DNA of 63,910 nt, filler included. It is 6 parts of 6 records of this genome, joined end to end, with 100 filler letters (N's around TTAATTAATTAA, not from the genome) between each part and the next. Parts side by side here need not be neighbours in the genome. Positions count along the whole stretch, not along the records: positions 1 to 9,993 come from SRR31147125_2581; positions 10,094 to 33,325 come from SRR31147125_2584; 4 more parts are not named here. One strand, 5' to 3'. Each line of letters begins with the position of its first letter. The first letter of the stretch is position 1. The notes beneath the pieces were generated by a model. It saw only the letters and a program-made list of their open reading frames with translations, had not been told where the DNA came from and searched no databases. The position numbers and the translations under genes were made by a program. Shown here piece after piece: positions 1-10,319 of the stretch.

Positions 1-211
1 TGGTATCTACACCGGGATTTTTCTCTTTGTATCCTAAGACGTTTATTATTCGGTTGTAATAACATGAATTAGACTTTAAATATTGCACATTTCTGCATTT
101 CTGAGGTTAATATTTAAAATCTAGCTCAGTTTAATTCCGCCTGATTTATCGCCATTGTTTTTCAAGTCTAATTTCCTTAACTTGTATTATTAACCATTAA
201 ATCAGTCGATT

Positions 212-1780
212 ATGAAAACCTATTATGACGTTCACTGCCATGTATTCAACAAAAACGTTATTATCCGAAGATTAGTAAGTATTGTACAATCACTTTTGGC
301 AATTGATAATCTTATTGGAAACAATATTCCCGAGGAACATATACAATACAAACTGGAAGAGATAGACAAGGTACTAACTGAAGTTACACAAGATACGAGC
401 GAAGATGTGTATCAGGCGCTAAACAACGTGTATAAAGATAAAGTGGTTACAACTCCATTGATGTTCGACCTAACCTATGCCGATGATAATGATGGTTGGA
501 TAAATTTAGGGTATCGGTTAAGAATAAAAATTGTATTCGAGGGGCTTACCAATTTGATAATTCCCTTGCTTAGAAGAAAAATCAGGAGAAAATATAAAAA
601 TCCGAAATCGGCAGAAGCTTTAAAAAAAGTGCAAAAAAAGGTTGATGAATTTGCCGACCATTTTAAAATACTTGGCGATGGCGAAGTTGAAATTTTCGAT
701 GATGCCAATTACAAACAACAGCTTAACGATTTGGAAGACCTGTCGGAAACGTACGAACAGATAAAACCGTTTTACAGTATCGATCCGCGGCGCGAACACA
801 AAGGACTTATTAATACAATAGAAAAAGTGAAAGAGAAAATTCTGGACAAAAAGGGTCGTTTTTATGGAATTAAGCTCTATGCCCCGGCAGGTTTTTCGCC
901 TACCGATCCGGTATTAATGGGAACCAATAAAAACGGAATTTACGCTTTATGTCAGGAAAATAAAATACCAATTACAGTTCATAATTCAGATGGAGGCTTT
1001 TCTTGCTTTTCAACCGTATTAGATGTTAGGGGCGATGTACTAATTGATGATAATATTGTTCGACCCAAAAAACCACTGCGTTTTAAGCACAAATTCTTCG
1101 GACCAAATGTACAAAAAGCCATTGCCGAACGAGCCAGGAAACTAAATCATCCCCGTTTATGGGAGCTGGTTTTGGAAGAATACCCCAACCTCGTTATCAA
1201 TTTTGCACATTTTGGTGGTAGCGGACAAATAATGGAATATATTAATTACGACATTCCGAATAAAAAAATTGACAAGGACGATTTTGAAGATGCACTTGAG
1301 TTGTTAACTAAAGAGGAGCAGGAGATTATTAAAAAATATTTCACAAAGAAATGGCGAAAAATGGTTCTGAAAGAGAATTTAACGTACGACGAACGTGCAC
1401 AAATTTGGAATCTCTTATACCGGGCCGGCTTCATCGACAATTGGACGAAAGCTATTTTCGATATTATTAAAAATAAGAAGTATCCAAATACTTACACCGA
1501 CTTATCCTGTTTCTCGGAAGGAACCTTAATAGAATTACCGAAAAATAAAGGACTTACTTTTTCAATTAAAGAAGACCTTAACACCTTTAAACATAACTTT
1601 TTTGACAAATTGAAAAATCACGAGAAATCAAAAATTCTATATGGTTCTGATTTTTTTCTTACACAATTTTTTGGACCTAACATGAAACAATATTTTATTG
1701 ATTTCAAAGAAGCTTTTGGCAACGATTTTGATAGAATTGCCCACAACAATCCGAAACGTTTTTTAAACATTAAACCATAG
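212..1780 (+). CDS. Amidohydrolase-superfamily (Amidohydro_2-like) metallohydrolase
   Basis: N-terminal DVHCH (HxH), GIKLY, TVHNS, FAHFGG and LYGSDF motifs of TIM-barrel amidohydrolases, with large insertions. Confidence 0.8.
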   Translation: MKTYYDVHCHVFNKNVIIRRLVSIVQSLLAIDNLIGNNIPEEHIQYKLEEIDKVLTEVTQDTSEDVYQALNNVYKDKVVTTPLMFDLTYADDNDGWINLGYRLRIKIVFEGLTNLIIPLLRRKIRRKYKNPKSAEALKKVQKKVDEFADHFKILGDGEVEIFDDANYKQQLNDLEDLSETYEQIKPFYSIDPRREHKGLINTIEKVKEKILDKKGRFYGIKLYAPAGFSPTDPVLMGTNKNGIYALCQENKIPITVHNSDGGFSCFSTVLDVRGDVLIDDNIVRPKKPLRFKHKFFGPNVQKAIAERARKLNHPRLWELVLEEYPNLVINFAHFGGSGQIMEYINYDIPNKKIDKDDFEDALELLTKEEQEIIKKYFTKKWRKMVLKENLTYDERAQIWNLLYRAGFIDNWTKAIFDIIKNKKYPNTYTDLSCFSEGTLIELPKNKGLTFSIKEDLNTFKHNFFDKLKNHEKSKILYGSDFFLTQFFGPNMKQYFIDFKEAFGNDFDRIAHNNPKRFLNIKP

Positions 1781-1787
1781 CAAAACA

Positions 1788-2297
1788 ATGAACACGATAA
1801 AACTTTACAGAGGCGATATTACCCAATTAAAAGTAGATGCAATAGTTAATGCAGCCAATAAAACACTGCTAGGCGGCGGTGGTGTCGACGGTGCTATTCA
1901 TCGTGCAGCAGGCAAAGAATTACTCGGCGAATGTCGCACTCTTAATGGTTGCGAAACAGGCGATGCAAAAATTACCAAGGGCTATAAACTTCCTGCCAGG
2001 TTTGTTATTCATACAGTTGGCCCGGTATACAGCGGAGGAAAAAGAAACGAAGCCGCTTTACTTGCGTCGTGTTACGAAAAAAGCCTCGAATTAGCGGTTA
2101 CAAACCATATTACAAGTATTGCATTCCCGAACATTAGTACCGGCATTTACGGATACCCAAAACAGGAAGCTGCTGAGATTGCCATATCAACTGTAAAAGA
2201 ATTTTTGGAGAAAAACGGTTCAGAACCAGAGGTAATTTTTTGTGTGTTTGATGAAGAGAATTACGAATTGTATAACAGCATTCTGGCCCAAGACTAA
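1788..2297 (+). CDS. Macrodomain protein, O-acetyl-ADP-ribose deacetylase (YmdB/MacroD type)
   Basis: [27 protein letters not shown] and ISTGIYGYP motifs. Confidence 0.93.
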   Translation: MNTIKLYRGDITQLKVDAIVNAANKTLLGGGGVDGAIHRAAGKELLGECRTLNGCETGDAKITKGYKLPARFVIHTVGPVYSGGKRNEAALLASCYEKSLELAVTNHITSIAFPNISTGIYGYPKQEAAEIAISTVKEFLEKNGSEPEVIFCVFDEENYELYNSILAQD

Positions 2298-2991
2298 TTA
2301 TACGCTTTTGTTTTATACAGCTTTTTCATATTTCGGTGATAATTATTGGTAAGGCGGGTATGGAAATACGGATATATAAAATGGTCGCGTAACATCGATT
2401 CACTTTTAAAATAGCTTCGGTGAACAATTTTTGTGTACCCGCGCGGTGTTGTAAAAAAGTGAGCTGCTGCTTCCCTTTCGTAATATTATCTTCAATGTAG
2501 CTGAACTCAATTACCGCCTCATCCTCGTCAACCGTAATAATTTCGAATGCTGTGGCTATTTTTTTTAATCCTTTTAACACATTTAAGTTTAAGTATATTA
2601 CCTGTCCAGGCTCAATACCTGTAACATTTTGGTGCGGATAAATCACCTGATTTCTGTTCCTCGAAAATAACAATCCAAAGCTAAATTTCCGGGCATTCCA
2701 TGCTTCGGCGGGATTTGTAGAAACGTAATGTTCCCAAACTTGGCCTAAACTGTCTTTAACCACATATTCGCCTTCGTGGCAGCGATAACCGTCGGTACTG
2801 GAAGTTGGCGTTAACGAAGCTTTCACCTCGCTAAATTCTGTCACATCATTCTCAATCTGGTTATGCAAAAACTCTTCAACCGCCTCATGTTCAATCTTCT
2901 CAAAATCAATGTCAGACAAATACATTTGAGCCTTCGATTTGCTCGTAAGCACCAACAACAAAACAGACGTAAAAATTAACCTGACTAACAT
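2294..2991 (-). CDS. Secreted hypothetical protein, probable frameshift at T6 run 2453-2458
   Basis: Signal peptide. Adding one T to the run gives a protein-like C-terminus ([33 protein letters not shown]...AYN*) ending at 2294; the ORF track ends at 2326. Confidence 0.6.
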
Positions 2992-3010
2992 TGATTTTTC
3001 TAGATAAAAT

Positions 3011-4135
3011 TTATTTAACCGAGAACTTGTAGATTGTGGTAGATTTTAAGGTTTCGCCCGGTTTCAACAAAGTAGAAGGGAAATTTGGTTGATTCGGACT
3101 GTTAGGAAAATGTTGCGTTTCTAAACAAAAACCGGTACGCTTTGTGTAAGCTTTCCCTGCTTTTCCAATCTCGGTACCTTTTAAATGATTTCCGGTATAT
3201 AATTGCACACCAGGCTCAGTTGTAAACACTTCCATATAACGGCCACTTTCAGGCTCGTAAGCACTTGCAGCAAATGCCAACTCATTCTCGGTTTTATTAA
3301 TTACATAGTTAAAATCGTAGCCAATTCCATATTGCAACATTGGGTGTTCGTTATCAATACGTTCGCCAATTACATGAGGCGTTGTAAAATCGAGGTCGGT
3401 GCCACGAATATCAACTATTTCGCCGGTAGGAATCATTTCAGAATTCGCAACCGGAGTAGATTTATCGGCATTAATCACCACAACATGGTCGAGAATATCG
3501 CCATTTCCTTCGCCACGTAAATTAAAATAGCTGTGGTTGGTTATGTTAAAATGGCAAGCTTTATCGGTGGTAATTTCATAATCTATTTTCAGTTCATCAT
3601 CATCGGTTAAAGAGTAAGTAACCTTAACTTCTTTATTGCCGGGAAATCCAAATTCGCCATCGGCACTTTTCAGGCTGAAAACAGCAACATTTCCATCTTT
3701 TTTATAATCCCATGCTTTGCGGTACCAACTATCGGGGCCAGAGTGTAAACAGGCTTCTCCATTATTTACCGGAAAATTATACGTCTCGCCATCAATAGTA
3801 AAAGTGGCATTGGCAATTCGATTGGCAAAAGGCCCTACAACTGCACCGTGGCTTGCACCATATTGTTCGTAATCGGCTAGCGATTTAAAACCCAGAAGTA
3901 CATCGGCAAAATTTCCCTTTTTATCAGGGGCGTAAATCGAAACAATTTTTGCTCCATAATTGGTCAGGGTTACAACCATTCCGTTCTTGTTTTCCATTGT
4001 AAAAATGCGTGTTGGCTTTCCATCAACAACTCCTTCAAAATTGGCTTTAGAATAAGGCATTTCTACTTTTTTAGATTGATTTACAGAACATGCTGCCAAT
4101 AGCACTACAAGGATTAAAAGGCTTAGGTTCTTCAT
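3011..4135 (-). CDS. galM: Aldose 1-epimerase (galactose mutarotase), lipoprotein
   Basis: GPFANRI, LHSG, NITNHSYFNL, GYDFNY and FCLETQHFP motifs; lipobox LLAAC. Confidence 0.92.
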   Translation of the reverse strand: MKNLSLLILVVLLAACSVNQSKKVEMPYSKANFEGVVDGKPTRIFTMENKNGMVVTLTNYGAKIVSIYAPDKKGNFADVLLGFKSLADYEQYGASHGAVVGPFANRIANATFTIDGETYNFPVNNGEACLHSGPDSWYRKAWDYKKDGNVAVFSLKSADGEFGFPGNKEVKVTYSLTDDDELKIDYEITTDKACHFNITNHSYFNLRGEGNGDILDHVVVINADKSTPVANSEMIPTGEIVDIRGTDLDFTTPHVIGERIDNEHPMLQYGIGYDFNYVINKTENELAFAASAYEPESGRYMEVFTTEPGVQLYTGNHLKGTEIGKAGKAYTKRTGFCLETQHFPNSPNQPNFPSTLLKPGETLKSTTIYKFSVK

Positions 4136-4303
4136 AATAAAATCTATTTATGTTACCTGCTCATCATTTTATTATAAAACAGGTAATTAATCTTCTCTTT
4201 TTATTCGTGGGCCTAAAATACAAATCATTTATAGTTTTTTGAATAGAAATCATTGTTATTTCTGAAATAGAAGCTTTCATTTGTAAAAACTTATCTTGGA
4301 AGA

Positions 4304-5509
4304 ATGGAGTCGATAAAAGAAATATACAGAATTGGGCACGGACCTTCGAGTAGCCATACCATGGGACCGAAAAAAGCAGCAGAGAAATTTTTAAAGAGAA
4401 ATAAGGAAGCAAAGCGCTACGAAGCTGTATTATACGGTAGTTTGGCAGCCACGGGAAAAGGGCACCTTACCGACTTTGCCATTGAGCAAACTTTTAAAAA
4501 CAGGGAGCTCGAAATAATCTGGAGACCAACAACATTTCTACCGAAACACCCCAATGCCATGTGCTTTAAGGCTTACGACGCTGACAACCAACTTACCGAC
4601 GAATGGACATGTTACAGCATTGGCGGAGGAGCTCTTATCGACGATTTTACAGAAGCTGAAACTGTTGAAATTTATGAACACCGAAATATGGCCGACATAC
4701 TCGAATGGTGCAACATGAACGGAAAACAGTTTTGGGAATATGTTGCTGAATATGAAGACAACGACGTTTGGGATTTCCTGAAAGAAGTAATGGCGGTAAT
4801 GTTCGACAGTATAAAACGGGGTCTGAAAACCGACGGTGTTTTACCGGGAGGGTTAAAACTTCCGCGAAAAGCACAAAGCTTTAATACCAAAGGTCATAAT
4901 TTTGCCACTCCATTTAAACGCCGTTCGCAACTGTTCTCGTATGCATTGGCAGTATCGGAAGAAAATGCTGCCGGAGGATTAATTGTTGCAGCACCAACCT
5001 GTGGTGCCAGTGGCGTATTACCGGCAATTTTAAAGTACTTCAAAAAAATACATAAAAGCGAAAAAGACACCATTTTACGTGCATTGGCAACTGCCGGATT
5101 AATCGGGAATATTGTAAAAACAAATGCCTCAATTTCGGGTGCCGAAGTTGGCTGCCAGGGCGAAGTGGGCACTGCTTGTGCAATGGCATCGGGTGCTGCC
5201 ACACAAATGATGGGTGGAACCATTTACCAGATTGAATATTCGGCAGAAATGGGACTGGAACACCACCTCGGACTAACTTGCGACCCGGTTGCAGGGCTTG
5301 TACAAATTCCATGTATTGAGCGAAATGCTTTTGCTGCAGAGCGAGCTGTGGCACATAATAACTACGCACTATTAACAGATGGCCGGCACCGCATTAGTTT
5401 CGACGAGGTTGTGGAAACCATGTACAAAACCGGTATTGATTTACAAAGCAAATACCGCGAAACATCAGAAGGTGGTTTGGCTGATTTTGATGCATTGCCG
5501 AAGTGTTAG
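4304..5509 (+). CDS. sdaA: L-serine ammonia-lyase, Fe-S dependent, single chain
   Basis: IGHGPSSSHTMGP, SISGAEVGCQGEVG, GLTCDPVAGLVQIPCIERN and YRETSEGGL motifs. Confidence 0.93.
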   Translation: MESIKEIYRIGHGPSSSHTMGPKKAAEKFLKRNKEAKRYEAVLYGSLAATGKGHLTDFAIEQTFKNRELEIIWRPTTFLPKHPNAMCFKAYDADNQLTDEWTCYSIGGGALIDDFTEAETVEIYEHRNMADILEWCNMNGKQFWEYVAEYEDNDVWDFLKEVMAVMFDSIKRGLKTDGVLPGGLKLPRKAQSFNTKGHNFATPFKRRSQLFSYALAVSEENAAGGLIVAAPTCGASGVLPAILKYFKKIHKSEKDTILRALATAGLIGNIVKTNASISGAEVGCQGEVGTACAMASGAATQMMGGTIYQIEYSAEMGLEHHLGLTCDPVAGLVQIPCIERNAFAAERAVAHNNYALLTDGRHRISFDEVVETMYKTGIDLQSKYRETSEGGLADFDALPKC

Positions 5510-5548
5510 AGAGAAGTAATTAGAATTTATAAATATCTTTTAGTGTTA

Positions 5549-5610
5549 CTTCGTGCTTTTGTGTCTTTGTGGCAAAAAAAAGATACCACCAAGTCTCTAA
5601 GACACAAAAA
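5549..5610. repeat. Imperfect intergenic inverted repeat (REP-like or terminator)
   Basis: TTTTGTGTCTT (5557-5567) pairs with AAGACACAAAA (5599-5609), downstream of sdaA. Confidence 0.5.
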
Positions 5611-5656
5611 TCTCAGTATTTATAAATCAATATAAGTAACTTTCTCAAAAAACCAC

Positions 5657-5688
5657 TTGCGCCGTAACAAAATAATTCCATATCTTTG
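5657..5688 (+). promoter_or_regulatory. Bacteroidota-type primary sigma promoter
   Basis: TTG (-33), 21-nt spacer, TATCTTTG (-7 box TAnnTTTG) upstream of the leader ORF and MATE gene. Confidence 0.65.
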
Positions 5689-5714
5689 TTGCACCAAAAA
5701 GAAAGGAGAATTAC

Positions 5715-5762
5715 ATGAATATCTCAATTATGGATACCGCCGTCTATTGTCTGCCGTTCTAA
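5715..5762 (+). CDS. Putative 15-aa leader peptide MNISIMDTAVYCLPF
   Basis: AAAGGAG Shine-Dalgarno at 5702-5708; ORF embedded in hairpins and followed by a T7 run before the MATE gene. Confidence 0.55.
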   Translation: MNISIMDTAVYCLPF

Positions 5763-5819
5763 CGCAGACACCGAGAGATATTTTACGTAGTTCATTCATA
5801 TTTTTTTCACATATTTAAC

Positions 5820-7259
5820 ATGTTACAAAAAAAATTAGGTGCAATGTCGTTGCGCTTTATTAAAGATATCGATTTTAAGGAATTGTGGCTCGATGTAAAA
5901 GAAGCCATTGCAGGAACTGAGCGCAATTTTACCGAGACCAGCCTCAGTAAAGCCATTTTTATACTTGCCGTACCTATGGTTTTAGAAATGGTTATGGAAT
6001 CTATTTTCGGAATAGTTGACATATTTTTTGTTTCGAGACTGGGGGCAAACGCAGTGGCTACTGTTGGTTTAACCGAATCGGTAATGACCATTATTTACGC
6101 GGTTGGCGGCGGACTGGCAATGGCAACATCGGCACTGGTTTCCAGAAGAATTGGAGAGAAAAAACCAAAAGATGCGGGAGTTGTTACCTTTCAGGCAATT
6201 TTGGTTGGAGCCGCGGTTTCGTTGCTGGTTGCTATACCGGGATTATTATTTGCAAAAGAGTTTCTTCTACTAATGGGCGGAACTCCCGAAGTTATTGAAG
6301 AAGGTTATATGTACCCGGCAATTATGTTTGGAGGCAATTTAATTATCATGCTTCTTTTTATAATAAATGCAGTATTTCGTAGTTCGGGCGACGCAGCCAT
6401 TTCTATGCGGGTACTTTGGGTAGCGAATATTATTAATATTATTCTCGATCCGTTGTTAATCTTCGGTTACGGACCATTTCCAGAGCTTGGATTAAAAGGT
6501 GCCGCCATTGCAACAACTATCGGTCGAGGCTTGGCTGTTATTTACCAGTTTATTTTACTGGGCAGCGGAAAATACCGGATTCGATTGTACTGGAACAGCT
6601 TAAAACTAAAATTTGAGGTAATGTGGAGCCTGTTAAAAATATCGGGCGGAGGAATTTTACAGAGCCTGATTGCCACATCGAGCTGGATTTTCCTGATGCG
6701 AATTGTGGCAGTTTTTGGCCCCGATGCCATTGCAGGATATACCATTGCCATTCGAATTATCGTTTTTCCTATTCTGCTGGCATGGGGACTAAGCAATGCA
6801 GCGGCAACACTGGTTGGGCAAAACCTGGGAGCCAAACAACCGGCGCAAGCAGAACGTGCAGTTTGGATTACCGGCTACGTAAACTTAATCTTTATGGGAA
6901 TAATTGGAGCGATACTTGCGCTTACCCCTGAATTTTGGATTAACTTATTTGTGGCTGAAGGTCCTGTACTTTCCAATGGAGTTCTTTCGCTTCGAATAAT
7001 GAGCTTTGGATTTTTATTTTATGCACTTGGCATGGTTTTAATGCAGGGATTTAATGGAAGTGGCGATACAATTACACCAACAAAAATTAATTTCCTGTGC
7101 TTTTGGATGATTGAAATTCCATTGGCCTACCTGTTGGCAATTGTATTAAACATGGGATTAAGCGGAGCAACCATTGCCATTGTAAGTGCCGAAGCATTGC
7201 TAACAATCTGTGCCTTGTACCTTTTTAGAAAAGGAAAATGGAAGGAAAGAAAAGTTTAG
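5820..7259 (+). CDS. MATE family efflux transporter
   Basis: About 12 hydrophobic segments in two repeats; LAVPMVLEM, DIFFVSRLG, LDPLLIFG and TLVGQNLGA motifs. Confidence 0.92.
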   Translation: MLQKKLGAMSLRFIKDIDFKELWLDVKEAIAGTERNFTETSLSKAIFILAVPMVLEMVMESIFGIVDIFFVSRLGANAVATVGLTESVMTIIYAVGGGLAMATSALVSRRIGEKKPKDAGVVTFQAILVGAAVSLLVAIPGLLFAKEFLLLMGGTPEVIEEGYMYPAIMFGGNLIIMLLFIINAVFRSSGDAAISMRVLWVANIINIILDPLLIFGYGPFPELGLKGAAIATTIGRGLAVIYQFILLGSGKYRIRLYWNSLKLKFEVMWSLLKISGGGILQSLIATSSWIFLMRIVAVFGPDAIAGYTIAIRIIVFPILLAWGLSNAAATLVGQNLGAKQPAQAERAVWITGYVNLIFMGIIGAILALTPEFWINLFVAEGPVLSNGVLSLRIMSFGFLFYALGMVLMQGFNGSGDTITPTKINFLCFWMIEIPLAYLLAIVLNMGLSGATIAIVSAEALLTICALYLFRKGKWKERKV

Positions 7260-7407
7260 AAGGAAGTTGGAAGATAATAGGCAGTCTTCTGCAAACTGTA
7301 GGTAAACAGTTTCGTATCAATAAATAATAAATGTAAATCAACCATTATCAATAATTAAGCACAAACTAAAATAGTCTTTCTTGAAAAAAAAATAATTATA
7401 TTTTCAA

Positions 7408-7444
7408 GTCTTGTGTCTTGATTCTTGTATCTTGGTTCTAATCT
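7408..7444. repeat. Degenerate heptamer tandem repeat (TCTTGnn)n
   Basis: TCTTGTG TCTTGAT TCTTGTA TCTTGGT TCTAATC; a similar array lies in opposite orientation near 38760-38795. Confidence 0.5.
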
Positions 7445-7451
7445 TACAAAA

Positions 7452-8510
7452 ATGAAAAAATTAGGATATACAGAAAAAATAAAAACACTAATCGGCAATT
7501 CAGTTAACGAAGACGAGTTAGCGAGAGTAATTGTAGAACACAAAGAACGATATATTGTACAATCTGCCGAGGAAACTTATCAGGCTGAAATAACAGGAAA
7601 CATACGCTTTTCGGCACAATCGAGAGCTGATTTCCCTGCTGTTGGAGATTGGGTAAAAATTGCCCGAATGGATGAAGAATCTGCCATTATTTTGGAAATC
7701 TTTCCCCGCTACTCAACTTTGGAAAGACAGGAAGTTGGCAAAAAAGGAGAAAGCCAGATTATTGGAACTAACATCGATTTTGCATTTATTACGCAAGCGG
7801 TTGGTCACGATTTCAATTTAAACAGAATTGAACGTTACCTTACTATTTGTTATTCAGCCGGAATTGAACCAATTATTTTGCTTACAAAAACTGATTTAAT
7901 TGAAACTGAAGAAAAAGATGAATTAATTAGTCAAATTGAAAGCAGAGTAAAAAATACCAAAATCATTGCTCTTAGTAGCGAAAATCTAAATGGCTTCAAT
8001 GAACTTGAAAAAGTATTTGAACCGTTCAAAACCTATTGTTTTATTGGCTCTTCGGGAGTTGGAAAATCGACAATTATTAACCGCTTAAATAACGAGGAGG
8101 TTTTAAAAACACAGGAAATAAGTTCAAGTACTGATAAGGGCCGACACACGACCAGTGTCCGGCAGCTTTTTGTTTTGCAAAATGGCAGTTTGGTAATCGA
8201 TACTCCGGGAATGCGCGAATTGGGTTTAACAGAACAAAGCGAGGGCATCGAAATGACATACGATGATATTTCGGAATTGGCCACTCAATGCCGTTTTAGC
8301 GACTGTACACACACCAGTGAAACGGGATGCGCTGTTTTAGAAGCATTAGAAAATGGTGAACTTTCTGAAGAAGTTTACGAAAACTACCAAAAATTAAAAC
8401 GCGAACAGGAACATTTTTCAAGTGCAGTTCACGAAAAACGAAAAAAGGAGAAAGATTTTGGTAAGATGGTTAAAGAATACCAGAGTAAGAAGAAAAGGTT
8501 GAAGTTATGA
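7452..8510 (+). CDS. rsgA: Ribosome small subunit-dependent GTPase A
   Basis: PAVGDWV, TKTD, GSSGVGKS, GRHTT, DTPGMRE and zinc finger CRFSDCTHTSETGC; start placed at MKKLG. Confidence 0.93.
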   Translation: MKKLGYTEKIKTLIGNSVNEDELARVIVEHKERYIVQSAEETYQAEITGNIRFSAQSRADFPAVGDWVKIARMDEESAIILEIFPRYSTLERQEVGKKGESQIIGTNIDFAFITQAVGHDFNLNRIERYLTICYSAGIEPIILLTKTDLIETEEKDELISQIESRVKNTKIIALSSENLNGFNELEKVFEPFKTYCFIGSSGVGKSTIINRLNNEEVLKTQEISSSTDKGRHTTSVRQLFVLQNGSLVIDTPGMRELGLTEQSEGIEMTYDDISELATQCRFSDCTHTSETGCAVLEALENGELSEEVYENYQKLKREQEHFSSAVHEKRKKEKDFGKMVKEYQSKKKRLKL

Positions 8511-8835
8511 GCATAACAAGATTCGAGTCGCAAACATGAGATTTGAGGCTCGAACTTTTTCTTTCAATCAAGCATGCAGAGAGCTGTGCTCTATATTTTT
8601 CTTGAAAATTCAAATTTTCAAATCACTACTCGTATTCCACATCCCTCCCATCTTTCAAAACACCTTTCACCTCAAAAACAATCTCCTTACCAAATTACTC
8701 TTAAAAACTTTTGTATTCATCGGTATGACTCAGAGTCATACGATAAACAGGACACAGCGTAAGCTTTAATATTTTAACCGGATTAAATATCGGGGCTTAG
8801 AATAATTAATTATTTTTGAATTAAATCTATTTTGC

Positions 8836-9228
8836 ATGAACGAAATCCGCTGGAAATACCGATTTGACAATTTTACCCAGGCTTTTACAGTATTGGAAAG
8901 GTCCTTAACCATAGCCCAACCTTCGGAGGTTGAAATGGCAGGAGTAATACAGTTTTACGAAATGGCATTTGAACTGGCGTGGAAAACCATGAAAGATTAT
9001 TTGCAGGAGGAAGGATTCGACGTTAAAAGCCCCAGGGCTTCGATAAAACAAGCCATACAGATAGAATTGATAGAAGAGCCTCATGCCTGGCTCGATGCTT
9101 TAGAGGATAGAAATCTTACTGCTCATACCTACGACGAAGAGACAGCAAAAAAGGTTTATTCTTCTATCCGGGATACCTACTTCCATTTGTTGAAAGATTT
9201 ATATTCGAAACTGAATAATGAATTATAA
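8836..9228 (+). CDS. HEPN / nucleotidyltransferase substrate-binding protein (HI0074 family), putative toxin
   Basis: IQFYEMAFELAWKTMK and HEPN RxxxxH motif RNLTAH followed by TYDE. Confidence 0.85.
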   Translation: MNEIRWKYRFDNFTQAFTVLERSLTIAQPSEVEMAGVIQFYEMAFELAWKTMKDYLQEEGFDVKSPRASIKQAIQIELIEEPHAWLDALEDRNLTAHTYDEETAKKVYSSIRDTYFHLLKDLYSKLNNEL

Positions 9229-9541
9229 CGATTTTGGATTAAAACAAAGGGACTGGGAAAACATTCTTGATACCCTTGCGAAATATAATTCGGTTGCATC
9301 TGCCAGAATATTCGGTTCGCGGGCAAAAGGAAATTACAAGCCTGGTTCTGATATTGATTTGGTACTGATAGGTGAAAACGTAACAAGGGAAGAATTTCTT
9401 AAAATTTCATACGAATTAAATGAAGTTCGGTCAATTCCGTTTACAGTTGATGTTGTAATATTTTCGAATATTACTAAACCTGAATTAAAATTGCATATAG
9501 AAACTTTTGGGGTAGAGATATATCGCAGGTTAATAGAATAA
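9218..9541 (+). CDS. Minimal nucleotidyltransferase (MNT), putative antitoxin
   Basis: FGSRAKGNYKPGSDIDL (GS-x10-DxD); overlaps the HEPN gene by 11 nt. Confidence 0.87.
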   Translation: MNYNDFGLKQRDWENILDTLAKYNSVASARIFGSRAKGNYKPGSDIDLVLIGENVTREEFLKISYELNEVRSIPFTVDVVIFSNITKPELKLHIETFGVEIYRRLIE

Positions 9542-9784
9542 TTTCAAAAGAAATCTGACAGCTTGTATTATTTTCGCACCATAATTTTCACCCGCATACC
9601 ACAGAGCAACTTATCCTTCACCTCAAAAACTACTTTTATTCCAGCACATAGTAGAGACCATGTTTATTTTACGTAAAACATATAGTCCCGGTCTTTTCAT
9701 TTACTGTTGCTTACTATTCAATTCAAATGAACAAATCCGTTTTTAATTTATTATGTTTAAGCAGAACGACTAAAATCTTATCCT

Positions 9785-9993
9785 ATGAAAAAAATTGCTA
9801 TCGAAATTAAATGGGCCATCTTATTTATTGTTATCCACTTGGTTTGGATGATTGGCGAACGTGTGGCTGGCTTACACGACGAGAATATTGAGCACCACCA
9901 CATTGTAACCAACTTTTTTGCCATTGTAGCCATTGCTGTTTATGTTGTTGCGCTTTTAGACAAACGAAAAAATGATTACAACGGAAAGATGAC
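9785..9993 (+). CDS. Membrane protein (DUF4199-like), truncated at contig end
   Basis: Two hydrophobic helices, EIKWA...DKRKNDYNGKM pattern; runs into the N spacer. Confidence 0.6.
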
Positions 9994-10093
9994 NNNNNNN
10001 NNNNNNNNNNNNNNNNNNNNNNNNNNNNNNNNNNNNNTTAATTAATTAANNNNNNNNNNNNNNNNNNNNNNNNNNNNNNNNNNNNNNNNNNNN
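9994..10093. other. Artificial contig spacer
   Basis: 100 nt of N with central TTAATTAATTAA (stop codons in all frames). Confidence 0.97.
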
Positions 10094-10123
10094 TGGACGC
10101 GGGTTCGACTCCCGCCATCTCCA
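10094..10123 (+). ncRNA. ssrA: 3' end of tmRNA (or an att-site duplication of it)
   Basis: GGAC-GCGGG-TTCGACT-CCCGC-CATCTCC-A: T-arm plus acceptor strand with U70/A73 alanine identity; 5' part lost at contig edge; CCA not encoded (CCC follows). Confidence 0.72.
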
Positions 10124-10130
10124 CCCAACG

Positions 10131-10164
10131 GGGATTTCATCAAAAATGATGAAATCCCTTTTTT
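10131..10164 (+). terminator. Intrinsic terminator
   Basis: GGGATTTCATCA-AAAA-TGATGAAATCCC perfect 12-bp stem plus T6. Confidence 0.85.
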
Positions 10165-10319
10165 ATGACCTCCCAGAACCTTTGCTATTTCAGGGATTGG
10201 GGAGAAGAAAGAATTTATTCCAGGGGTTCGAACTTCATCAAATTCATGGTCGTAGTATATCCCCTCAGCAAATAGTAAATCTATAATCGAACTTATGTAT
10301 TACAATAGAAATTTTCTAT

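Noticed and set aside
10094-10126. tRNA gene
   Set aside because: Only a T-arm and acceptor strand are present; the preceding GGAC and the U70/A73 pattern fit tmRNA better
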